Assembly (NCBI GenBank): GCA_963630675.1
Contig: CAVGNR010000009.1
Coordinates: forward strand, 886-64,885
Direction: 5' to 3'
Source of the DNA: Escherichia coli
GTDB taxonomy: Bacteria > Bacillota_I > Bacilli_A > RFN20 > CAG-826
Length of the DNA: 64,000 nt
The notes under the pieces were generated by a model. It had not been told where the DNA came from, did not search any database, and worked only from the letters and a program-made list of their open reading frames with translations. The first letter of the stretch is position 1, and each line of letters begins with the position of its first letter. The position numbers and the translations under genes are program-made. Shown here in pieces: positions 9,828 to 17,659 of the stretch.

Positions 9828-10216
9828 TGGTTTTGACGGGGAACCGATCTTGCCTGGACTGCAGTAGCGTGATGAGCTTTAACATCAAAAAACAATAACT
9901 GACAACAGTTATATCTATGCGAACCGCGCTCAACGCGTTTCGTATGCTGCCGCTTAATTAGTAACCTACGGGTTTCCTAGCATCGTCTAGGAGGAGCACG
10001 TCCTCCGTTAGTTTCGCATCTTACTAACGGGCAGGGCGCTAAATAAGATGATAAGCGCCAATCCTTGGCTAGGGAAAGGCGACGAAAACCCTCTTAGCCT
10101 CGCTAATTGGATTTGGTCTTATCGTACCAGTTAGTTAAATTATGATAGGACCTAAACTGTAGAGGTCCTTGTGGGAGATTCTTCGGACAGGGGTTCAATT
10201 CCCCTCGACTCCACCA
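9828..10216 (+). ncRNA. ssrA: tmRNA (ssrA)
   Basis: 5' GGGGTCGTTCTGGTTTTGACGGGG acceptor/TLD start. 3' end GGACAGGGGTTCAATTCCCCTCGACTCCACCA (T-arm plus encoded CCA). The internal tag reading frame ends ...VSYAAA-TAA (GCG 9919 to TAA 9955-9957). Confidence 0.85.
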
Positions 10217-10244
10217 ATAAATGAAATATAATAGGAGTTAGCGT

Positions 10245-11489
10245 ATGTTCTATTGTGATTTTTCTATAACTTTGGATATTGGTACGCTAATAATTGCGAT
10301 ACTTAGTATTATTGCAATAATTGTATATTTTTGTAGCAAAAAAAGATTAAAAAAGTTGAATTTTGATATTGATGAATGCGAACTTGGATTAACAGGCGGG
10401 ACTATTCGTTTAAAATGTAATAAGATTCATCAACAAATTGCTTTTAGAATATGGGTTGATATTAATACTCGGGTTCTTGCAACTAAAATTAATTTAGATG
10501 TTGATAATATACGTGTTATAAATGATTCTTATTATAAGTGTTTTACAGACACTCGTGAATTGTTGAAAGAAATACCGGTTGATAAAATAAATAGCGATAG
10601 TGAATTAGTAAACTTGATTGTAAGGTTTTTAAATGAAGTAATGAGACCATATTTAACAAAATGGGGTGTTCGTTATAATCAATGGTACGATAATAAAATA
10701 GAAAAAGATGGTTTGAAAGGCGATAATCCAGTAGATATTCAAAAGAGTTATTCTGATTATGAAGAGTTATCGAACGATTTGTTATCAATTAATGAAAAAG
10801 TAATAAAATATAGTGATAAATTGCGCGAGATTGCATTTTCTGAAGCTAAGAAAAAAATAAAGGAAGTAAAAAACATGATAAATAGACATAAAGTTTTTAT
10901 AAGTTATTATCACGATGATGACCAGTTTTACAAAAACGAAATAGCAAAATGGAATGAGATTTATAATTTATTTGATGATTATTCTGTAAATGACGGAGAT
11001 ATTGATGATACATATTTAACGGATGAAGCAATCCGTGTAAAAATCAGAGATGAATACATTAAGGATGCCACAGTTTTAGTATTGCTTTGTGGCTGCAATA
11101 CTAAACATAGAAAATACATTGATTGGGAACTACATGCTGCAATGTATGATACTGAAAAGAATCCTAAGATGGGAATTTTAGTGGTTAATTTGCCTTCTTG
11201 TAGAAATAATATTAGAGCTGTTGAGGATAGAGAAAAAGAAATAGTAGCTCCAAACACAAACTGGACCACCTTTACTAAAAGAAGTGAGTACGAGTCTGCA
11301 TATCCAGATTTACCTTCAAGACTAATTGATTCATTGGTTAAAAAGCATTCTGATATTACTTTTGTCAATTGGAATACAATTTCTAATAATCATTTTTTAC
11401 TTCAAGAGTTAGTCGATTTTGCGTATATGAGAAGAAAAACAATAGAATATGATTTATCTGCTCCATTAAGAAGAAAAAATTCAAATTAA
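10245..11489 (+). CDS. membrane-anchored protein with a C-terminal TIR-like (ThsB/DUF1863-like) domain; candidate defense protein
   Basis: N-terminal TM helix (LIIAILSIIAIIVYFC). The C-terminal domain starts KVFISYYHDDD and contains LVLLCGCNTKHRKYIDWELHAAM...MGILVVNLP, which resembles the ThsB/DUF1863 TIR core including a candidate catalytic Glu in the WEL motif. The gene is much more AT-rich than its flanks and starts 28 bp after the tmRNA CCA. Confidence 0.6.
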   Translation: MFYCDFSITLDIGTLIIAILSIIAIIVYFCSKKRLKKLNFDIDECELGLTGGTIRLKCNKIHQQIAFRIWVDINTRVLATKINLDVDNIRVINDSYYKCFTDTRELLKEIPVDKINSDSELVNLIVRFLNEVMRPYLTKWGVRYNQWYDNKIEKDGLKGDNPVDIQKSYSDYEELSNDLLSINEKVIKYSDKLREIAFSEAKKKIKEVKNMINRHKVFISYYHDDDQFYKNEIAKWNEIYNLFDDYSVNDGDIDDTYLTDEAIRVKIRDEYIKDATVLVLLCGCNTKHRKYIDWELHAAMYDTEKNPKMGILVVNLPSCRNNIRAVEDREKEIVAPNTNWTTFTKRSEYESAYPDLPSRLIDSLVKKHSDITFVNWNTISNNHFLLQELVDFAYMRRKTIEYDLSAPLRRKNSN

Positions 11490-11807
11490 TATTAATTATA
11501 GATAAGTGGCTTATACGAATCAGGGTGTGCAGGGGTGTGCATTGTATTAAAATGGTTCATCTTTGCCAAATTTGAAATTGCGGAACGAAACGCTACTGTA
11601 TTGCTATTTGTCAAATAGTAGGGATGCCAAGGCTTTCACCGAAAAGATACATAGCGACTTATTCGGTTATCAATAGTCAAATCGAAGTCACAATTAACGC
11701 TTTCGGAAAAACAAATGATTGCTTTGACCTTTGGGAATGAACTCCTGGAGGTTTTTTGTTTTGGCTATTGCTAACGTCGTATATTTCTTTAGGAATAGCG
11801 ACCTTTC

Positions 11808-12428
11808 GTGTTAGAATGCTCGTATATGAAACACACCCGCAGAAGATCTAAAAAGACCATCTCCAAAAAGTTCGGGGGGGGGTTATTATTTTTTCTCAGT
11901 AGCATCTCTTTGATAGGAGTTGGTTTTTCGAGTTGGGTGATAGGGCCCTTAAGCAGTGCGCAAGTCGACATAAATGTGTATGCAGCCGACATAATCAACG
12001 GTGATTATTTTTCTATATCTACAAATGACATAAAGATGTTCACGCTTGGTCCAAACGGTTTGGTGAAAGACGAAACAATCGTCAACGAATCCTCTATCGA
12101 GATCTCTTTTTACATTAATAACGAAGTAGCTTATCCATCAACCGGTTCGGGACTCCTGAATTTTGAGATGATCCTTTCATGCAGCAGTCAATCTTTCCTG
12201 AATGCCTATATTTCAAATCCAACAATGAACGGAACAACAAACTTATCCTCATCAACGGCTGGTACAGAAATGGTCAGCGATGTGAGCTATACAATATCTG
12301 AAACAGGGAAAACAAAAGCCACAACAATCTATAAAGTAACTGACACAGCGAATGCTGACGGAAAATATATGGCTGATTTATATTATTCAGCCAAACCGAC
12401 TTTTAATTTCAAGGTGAGGGGCAAATAA
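11808..12428 (+). CDS. secreted/membrane-anchored hypothetical protein
   Basis: Basic N-terminus followed by a hydrophobic segment (LLFFLSSISLIGVGFSSWVIG). An alternative start is MKHTRRR at 11826. A 3-nt gap to the next gene suggests an operon. Confidence 0.45.
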   Translation: MLECSYMKHTRRRSKKTISKKFGGGLLFFLSSISLIGVGFSSWVIGPLSSAQVDINVYAADIINGDYFSISTNDIKMFTLGPNGLVKDETIVNESSIEISFYINNEVAYPSTGSGLLNFEMILSCSSQSFLNAYISNPTMNGTTNLSSSTAGTEMVSDVSYTISETGKTKATTIYKVTDTANADGKYMADLYYSAKPTFNFKVRGK

Positions 12429-12430
12429 GA

Positions 12431-14335
12431 ATGGCTAAAACTAGGCTCAACACTTTTTTACTATCTTTAGTTCTTGCAACTTCGACTTTTTTCAATGTCG
12501 GCAAAAGTAATTGGATAATACCTGGCGAAGCAAATGTCGATAACATAACGATAAACAATGGCAGTAGAGCCGTATGCTACAACGGAAGGACCAAAACGAA
12601 GTACACGACAATTGAAAAAGCCTTGGAAGTGGCGAAGAACGATACTGCGAACAATGACACGATATATGTAATCCCAGGCACCAATCCTGTAATCACTAGA
12701 AGTTGCGAGATTGCTAGCGGAGACACTCTTTGCTTGCCTTATGAGGATAATGGCAACGATGTTCATACCTTTCTTAACAGAAACGACACCACAAGCAATG
12801 CGACATTCGGAGACTTGAATTCAGATAATGTTAATAAAAATAGGAAAAATCAAATTACGATCAGAGGAAATGTATCGCTGACAAATAATGGCACTTTAAC
12901 GGTCGGGGGCAGTATTGGATATGGTGGATCAGCCGTTGGCATTACTGGTCAAACCGCAAGCAGCTATTGCGAAATCTTGATGAAGAACAACTCGAAGATT
13001 ATTAACAATGGGAGCATCAATCTATACGGATATATTAAGGAATCTTCAAAAAACAATGGCAGTTATGTTGAACACAAAAATTCATCAGTTATAAAATTGC
13101 CGTTTGTGATTTACGATTTTCGAGGTGGAAGCTATTCCTATGCTTGCTATGGGAAGGATGTGATGCCTTTTAGTAATTATGATTTTCCTAACTGTCAGTC
13201 TTTGCAGAAGTTTTATTATGGTTCCAAAATGTATGGTCTAGCAACGATATATGCAGGCAACTCATGGTCAACGCCTGAGGTTTTGGTTTTAGGAACAGAT
13301 TCAGATTCTTGTTTATTTAGGCTGTCTAATAATTATGCGACTCTTAAATACGCCCCTAGCAACGTTCTTTATACCACGAATGACGTATCAGCATCAACTA
13401 CATTAGAAACCGCTAATTTTACCGAGATTCACACTTTTGGGGATATTTCGCTTTCTAGTTTAAGGATTGAATTAAAGGTTGGTTTGACGATAATGGTTGA
13501 CACATCAAAAATGTATTGTCCTTTGTGTTTCAAATACCAAGTTATAGTTGAACGAGGGACTTTTACTGTGTCAAACAAAATGAAATTTTTGGGTGGAGCT
13601 TCTTTACTGATAAAGCCTGGTGCAACTGTAACATGCAACGCTAACGTCAGTTTTTATCAAGATTACATTCCTAACATAATTACTGGAGGAAGTGATTTAT
13701 ACCCTTCATCTTTTACAACGGCAAATCTTGTTAATAACGGAATTTTGAATCTAAATAGCGCTTTCGGGGGATTGGTAGAGACTTCTGAAATTTCTGGCAG
13801 ACTTAATACAAGCAACGGCTTTTCAGAATCGGTTACTACAATGGAAATCTTATCTTCTAAGGGCAGTAGCATTTTTGCATCGACAGACAAAACAGAAAAC
13901 AAAGTACAAGACGCTTTAGGTTATCTTGGCGCAACAGGAAGACCAAATGAATCAACTATACTTTCTAAATCTAAATCTTTTGAGTCAAAGGGAAATTATT
14001 GGTATTTACCGTTAGCGGATATATCTTCACTTGTCATTTCACCTGATAGCGGTGCTTCTGCCAAAAACTCAATCGGCACTTTCGAATTGAGTGCATTGAT
14101 CTCCCCAATAGAAAATTCCTGTAGCAATATTGTATATCAATGGTCTTGCGATAGTGGGGCAAGTTTAAGTGCAACCGTAGGTCCAAGTACAACTTTAACT
14201 ATGCCTGCTAATGATTCACGCTGGTCTGATAAGGATTATAAAGTTACTTGCGTTGTAACATTCACAAAGTCTGATGGTAAAACAGAAAGCTTAAATGCGA
14301 CTGGTATATATACCGCGACAAAACGGGGATGGTAA
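12431..14335 (+). CDS. secreted right-handed beta-helix (pectate-lyase-like) protein with a C-terminal Ig-like domain
   Basis: Signal peptide MAKTRLNTFLLSLVLATSTFFNV. Asn/Gly-rich repetitive beta-strand periodicity (NNGTLTVGG, NNGSINLYGYI) and an Ig-like tail. Confidence 0.5.
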   Translation: MAKTRLNTFLLSLVLATSTFFNVGKSNWIIPGEANVDNITINNGSRAVCYNGRTKTKYTTIEKALEVAKNDTANNDTIYVIPGTNPVITRSCEIASGDTLCLPYEDNGNDVHTFLNRNDTTSNATFGDLNSDNVNKNRKNQITIRGNVSLTNNGTLTVGGSIGYGGSAVGITGQTASSYCEILMKNNSKIINNGSINLYGYIKESSKNNGSYVEHKNSSVIKLPFVIYDFRGGSYSYACYGKDVMPFSNYDFPNCQSLQKFYYGSKMYGLATIYAGNSWSTPEVLVLGTDSDSCLFRLSNNYATLKYAPSNVLYTTNDVSASTTLETANFTEIHTFGDISLSSLRIELKVGLTIMVDTSKMYCPLCFKYQVIVERGTFTVSNKMKFLGGASLLIKPGATVTCNANVSFYQDYIPNIITGGSDLYPSSFTTANLVNNGILNLNSAFGGLVETSEISGRLNTSNGFSESVTTMEILSSKGSSIFASTDKTENKVQDALGYLGATGRPNESTILSKSKSFESKGNYWYLPLADISSLVISPDSGASAKNSIGTFELSALISPIENSCSNIVYQWSCDSGASLSATVGPSTTLTMPANDSRWSDKDYKVTCVVTFTKSDGKTESLNATGIYTATKRGW

Positions 14336-14504
14336 CTATTTATAATTTTGCTGTCAAGAACAAATTCAGTCTGCTTCTGATATAAGAAGTATTTTTCAAA
14401 AGAAAAACATAGGTTTGATACAATTTGTGTCAGACCTTTTTTCATTGCGGATAGAAATACTTTTTGTCTAATGAAGATGCCGTTAAAAAATAAGGAGGGG
14501 AAAC

Positions 14505-14813
14505 ATGGAAAAGGAATCTTATTTTGATGGTGGTCTTTTACAACAAATCGGTTGGAGCATTCTCGGAGCAATTATCACTGCTTGCACCTTAGGGATTTGC
14601 TATCCTTGGGCAAAATGCATGCTAATTAATTGGGAAGCGGAACACACAGTAATTGAAGGCAAAAGACTTCGTTTTGATGGTCATGCCGCTCAATTATTTG
14701 GAAATTGGATCAAATGGCTTTTACTTACCATTGTTACCTTAGGCATTTATGGTCTTTGGGTTCCAATCAAAATGAAGAAGTGGGTCACAAAACACACCTT
14801 CTTTGTTGAATAA
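14505..14813 (+). CDS. small DUF898 (YjgN-like) membrane protein
   Basis: Two copies of the TLGI(C/Y)xPWA(K)-like motif (TLGICYPWAKCM, TLGIYGLWVPIKMKKW) within hydrophobic helices. Confidence 0.45.
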   Translation: MEKESYFDGGLLQQIGWSILGAIITACTLGICYPWAKCMLINWEAEHTVIEGKRLRFDGHAAQLFGNWIKWLLLTIVTLGIYGLWVPIKMKKWVTKHTFFVE

Positions 14814-15094
14814 GCAAAGCCAAAAACATTACTAATCTTTAAAAAACAAATTCTTATTTTTCGTACGCTTTAGGTGCCTTACGCAATTAAGCGCAATAAG
14901 AAAACAATCGATAAATAGGCGCTTTTAATTTTTTAAGGCGCTTTTTTTGCACATGTGCGCAATAAGAAAGTCACAGCAGTTATATAGAGACGATTGGAAG
15001 GCGTTAGATTCTTGACGTTTTAGTAATTTACGTTCATGAAAGCCCTTTATTTGACAAAATGCAAGAATAAAACGCGTATTTAAGAAACAATCCT

Positions 15095-15125
15095 TGACAT
15101 TGTTTTTATATTTAGTTCAATACCA
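15095..15125 (+). promoter_or_regulatory. promoter-like element upstream of the lipoprotein operon
   Basis: TTGACA at 15095-15100 with an AT-rich spacer and a weak -10. Upstream lie the palindrome TGCACATGTGCA and the duplicated GCGCAATAAGAAA motif (14885-14968). Confidence 0.25.
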
Positions 15126-15147
15126 TTTGCGAAAGGAGCATTTAGAT

Positions 15148-16854
15148 ATGAAAAACAAAATGAAAAACATCTTTATTCCCCTTCTGGCTACTGGTTTATT
15201 GCTAACGAGTTGCAACGGTGGAGAAACCGAATCAAGCAGTTCTAGTGTTATTCCGTCTACTTCCGAAGCAAGTAAGGAACCAACCATCACTAAAAAGTTA
15301 ATTACGAAAGTGGCAGAAGGATGGAAAACTCAATATGAAGTGGGAGATGCTCTCTCCCTAACCGGGTTAACCGTTTCTCTTGAAACCTATTCGGATGACG
15401 TTCTTTCTCAAACGGATGCTGTAACGGATTTCACCTTAACGATCGGTGAAAAGATCGTTCAAGAAGGATATGTCTTTGTTAAAGAGGATATAAACGATGC
15501 CTTAACCTTGTCCGTTCATAAAGACACGTATACTTCAGATTTATCTTTATCTGTCATTGATAAAGCGTATTCCGGGGATACGGTTTATTTACAAGTGCAA
15601 GATGGCACAAGCGAAGGGACATGGAGTTGCTCTCTTGAACAAATTACCGTTAAAAAAGCAAACGGAGAAGAATTAGAAAGCCCTCTTACTCTTCAAAAAG
15701 ATGAAACTGATGGCATTTATTTCTTTGAGATGCCAGAGGCCTCTATCTTATTCACTTTCTCTCCAACGAACGAAAGCAAATACGCTGATCAAGAATTCAT
15801 TGGAAAATACAAAGGGTTTGATTTAAACGGCGCATGGAGTGGAAGTAGTATTTCCTCTTCCGGTGAAGTAAAGGCTAACGGAACGTTTAGCATTACCGTG
15901 GAAGGTGCTGTTATGGATGCTCATTTCGATGATATTGCTTATAAGTTGGATGAGAACGGGAAGATTGCTCTTGATAGCGAAACCTATACCTCAAATACAA
16001 TCTCTTATGATTCTTCCATCCTTCGTTACCACGTTGCTTATTCTAGCTCCACAAATGATACATACGACATCTATTTATTAAAAGGAGCGGAGAACGTAAA
16101 GGTTTCAACCCTTTTTGGAAGTGATGATAAGAATTATGTTCTTGCTCAATTCACTTCTGGAGAAACAACTTATTCCTTCTTATCTATTAAAGAGAAGCTT
16201 TATTGCGGTGTTGAAATTGTTGGTAACAAAGACAATTTACTCTCATCTACCTTATTAACTGTGACTTACGGACAAGAAACGGCGTACTTCAAAAAGAGCG
16301 AGGACTCTCATCAAATTGAAGTGGCTGTAAAAGGCCCTGAAGCAGGCACATATACGTCTAGCGATAATAAATCCCTTGTTCTTGATGGATTTGGTGGATG
16401 TAGCTTAGACGGAGCGAAAGGAAGCTATGTATATGATTCCAAAGAACAGGCTGTAACTGTAACAATTAGCGGAAAAGAAACTATATACACCCTTGATTTA
16501 GAGAAAAAGAGCTTCTCTCCTAAAGCCTTTGCTAACGAAGACCCATGGGCCAACGAAGCTATGACTTACAAGGGAGTTCTTAGTACAAATTTCTTTGAAG
16601 ACGTTCCAATGATTCTAACTTTCAACGCTGGAAAGGTTACTTATAAAGAATATGATAGCGGCTTAGATAATAAGCAATACGATTACACCTTCTCAAATGG
16701 TGTGGTTACCTTCTCTGCGACGAATTATTCAGCAAGCTTGTTTACCTTCAATTTTGCTGTCTCTTCAGATAATTCGACACTTACTTTGAAGGAAAGAGTG
16801 AATGTTCAAGGAAACATCTATTTCCCGAAAAACTTCAAACTTACAAAACAATAA
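15148..16854 (+). CDS. lipoprotein 1 of a tandem array
   Basis: Lipobox LLLTSC plus a Ser-rich linker. RBS AAAGGAG upstream of ATG 15148. Confidence 0.6.
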   Translation: MKNKMKNIFIPLLATGLLLTSCNGGETESSSSSVIPSTSEASKEPTITKKLITKVAEGWKTQYEVGDALSLTGLTVSLETYSDDVLSQTDAVTDFTLTIGEKIVQEGYVFVKEDINDALTLSVHKDTYTSDLSLSVIDKAYSGDTVYLQVQDGTSEGTWSCSLEQITVKKANGEELESPLTLQKDETDGIYFFEMPEASILFTFSPTNESKYADQEFIGKYKGFDLNGAWSGSSISSSGEVKANGTFSITVEGAVMDAHFDDIAYKLDENGKIALDSETYTSNTISYDSSILRYHVAYSSSTNDTYDIYLLKGAENVKVSTLFGSDDKNYVLAQFTSGETTYSFLSIKEKLYCGVEIVGNKDNLLSSTLLTVTYGQETAYFKKSEDSHQIEVAVKGPEAGTYTSSDNKSLVLDGFGGCSLDGAKGSYVYDSKEQAVTVTISGKETIYTLDLEKKSFSPKAFANEDPWANEAMTYKGVLSTNFFEDVPMILTFNAGKVTYKEYDSGLDNKQYDYTFSNGVVTFSATNYSASLFTFNFAVSSDNSTLTLKERVNVQGNIYFPKNFKLTKQ

Positions 16855-16866
16855 AAAAGGAGAAAC

Positions 16867-17644
16867 AATGAAAAATAATATTAAATTCTTAATTCTGCCA
16901 TTGGCTGCAACATTATTGGCTTCATGCCAAAGCAATTCCTCCGAGGAATCTTCTTCAGAGAATAGCGTATCTTCTGAAGTCACACAAAAGGTTGATACAA
17001 CTCTTTTAGAAGTGAAAACAACGATCAATGGTTGCAATGTCTCTGGAGTTAGCGTGGATATTTCTCAAGGCATTGGAACAGTGCTAGTCACTGGGCAAAG
17101 CTATGATATGAAAGTGAGCGTTACCGATAAAGGTGGGGACGTTACTCCAACTTATAGCCAAGAGGGAATTATTTCTTTTGAGAAAAAATCCTCGGAAACA
17201 TACACCTTAAAAGCCTTAAAAGCAGGGGGTGTTACTCTTTCTTTGAAAGATAAAGACGACATTACGGTATACCGTTGTGTAATCAATGTTCGTGATCCTC
17301 TTGCTCCGACAGAGCTCACAAACTTCATTATTGAAACGGTTGATCATTATCAAACGACCTTCCAAAACGCTTCATACAATTACAGCATCTCTTTTGTTAG
17401 CAACACTGAAGGCGTTTTAAAAGGAAAAGAGGAAGGCAATACTTACAACACCTCTTTCACCTATACCTTAGGAGAAAAACCAGTACGTCTTTCTAATTTC
17501 TATGGTTATGAATTAAACATCACCATGGATGAAGCCAACGAGAACCTTACTTTTGGTGCTTCCTATATTTCTGCCAACGGATTCAATATGTTGCCATTCG
17601 ATAAAGGAGGATCCGTGCTTGGCTTCTTTGCCGCTAAATTTTAA
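16867..17644 (+). CDS. lipoprotein 2
   Basis: MKNNIKFLILPLAATLLASCQSN lipobox plus Ser/Glu-rich linker. RBS AAAAGGAG. Confidence 0.6.
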
Positions 17645-17659
17645 TGAGGAGAACACAAT

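Noticed and set aside
11490-11807. Intergenic 320 bp with a tandem GGGTGTGCA and the inverted repeat CTATTTG-TC-AAATAG. Considered as a remnant att site or integrase pseudogene.
   Set aside because: There is no extended reading frame with recombinase motifs and no match to the tmRNA end. Unexplained but unsupported as a feature.
12431-14335. Considered the beta-helix protein as a prophage tailspike.
   Set aside because: It has an N-terminal signal peptide and sits with another secreted protein, with no phage genes nearby. It is more consistent with a bacterial surface or secreted protein.
10217-14500. Looked for a prophage or integrative element at the tmRNA site: a direct repeat of the ssrA 3' end (ttcaattcccctcgactcc) downstream, or an integrase/recombinase gene.
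   Set aside because: No copy of the tmRNA 3' end was found in 10.2-15 kb. No integrase, excisionase or phage structural ORFs are present, so only a short compositional islet can be claimed.
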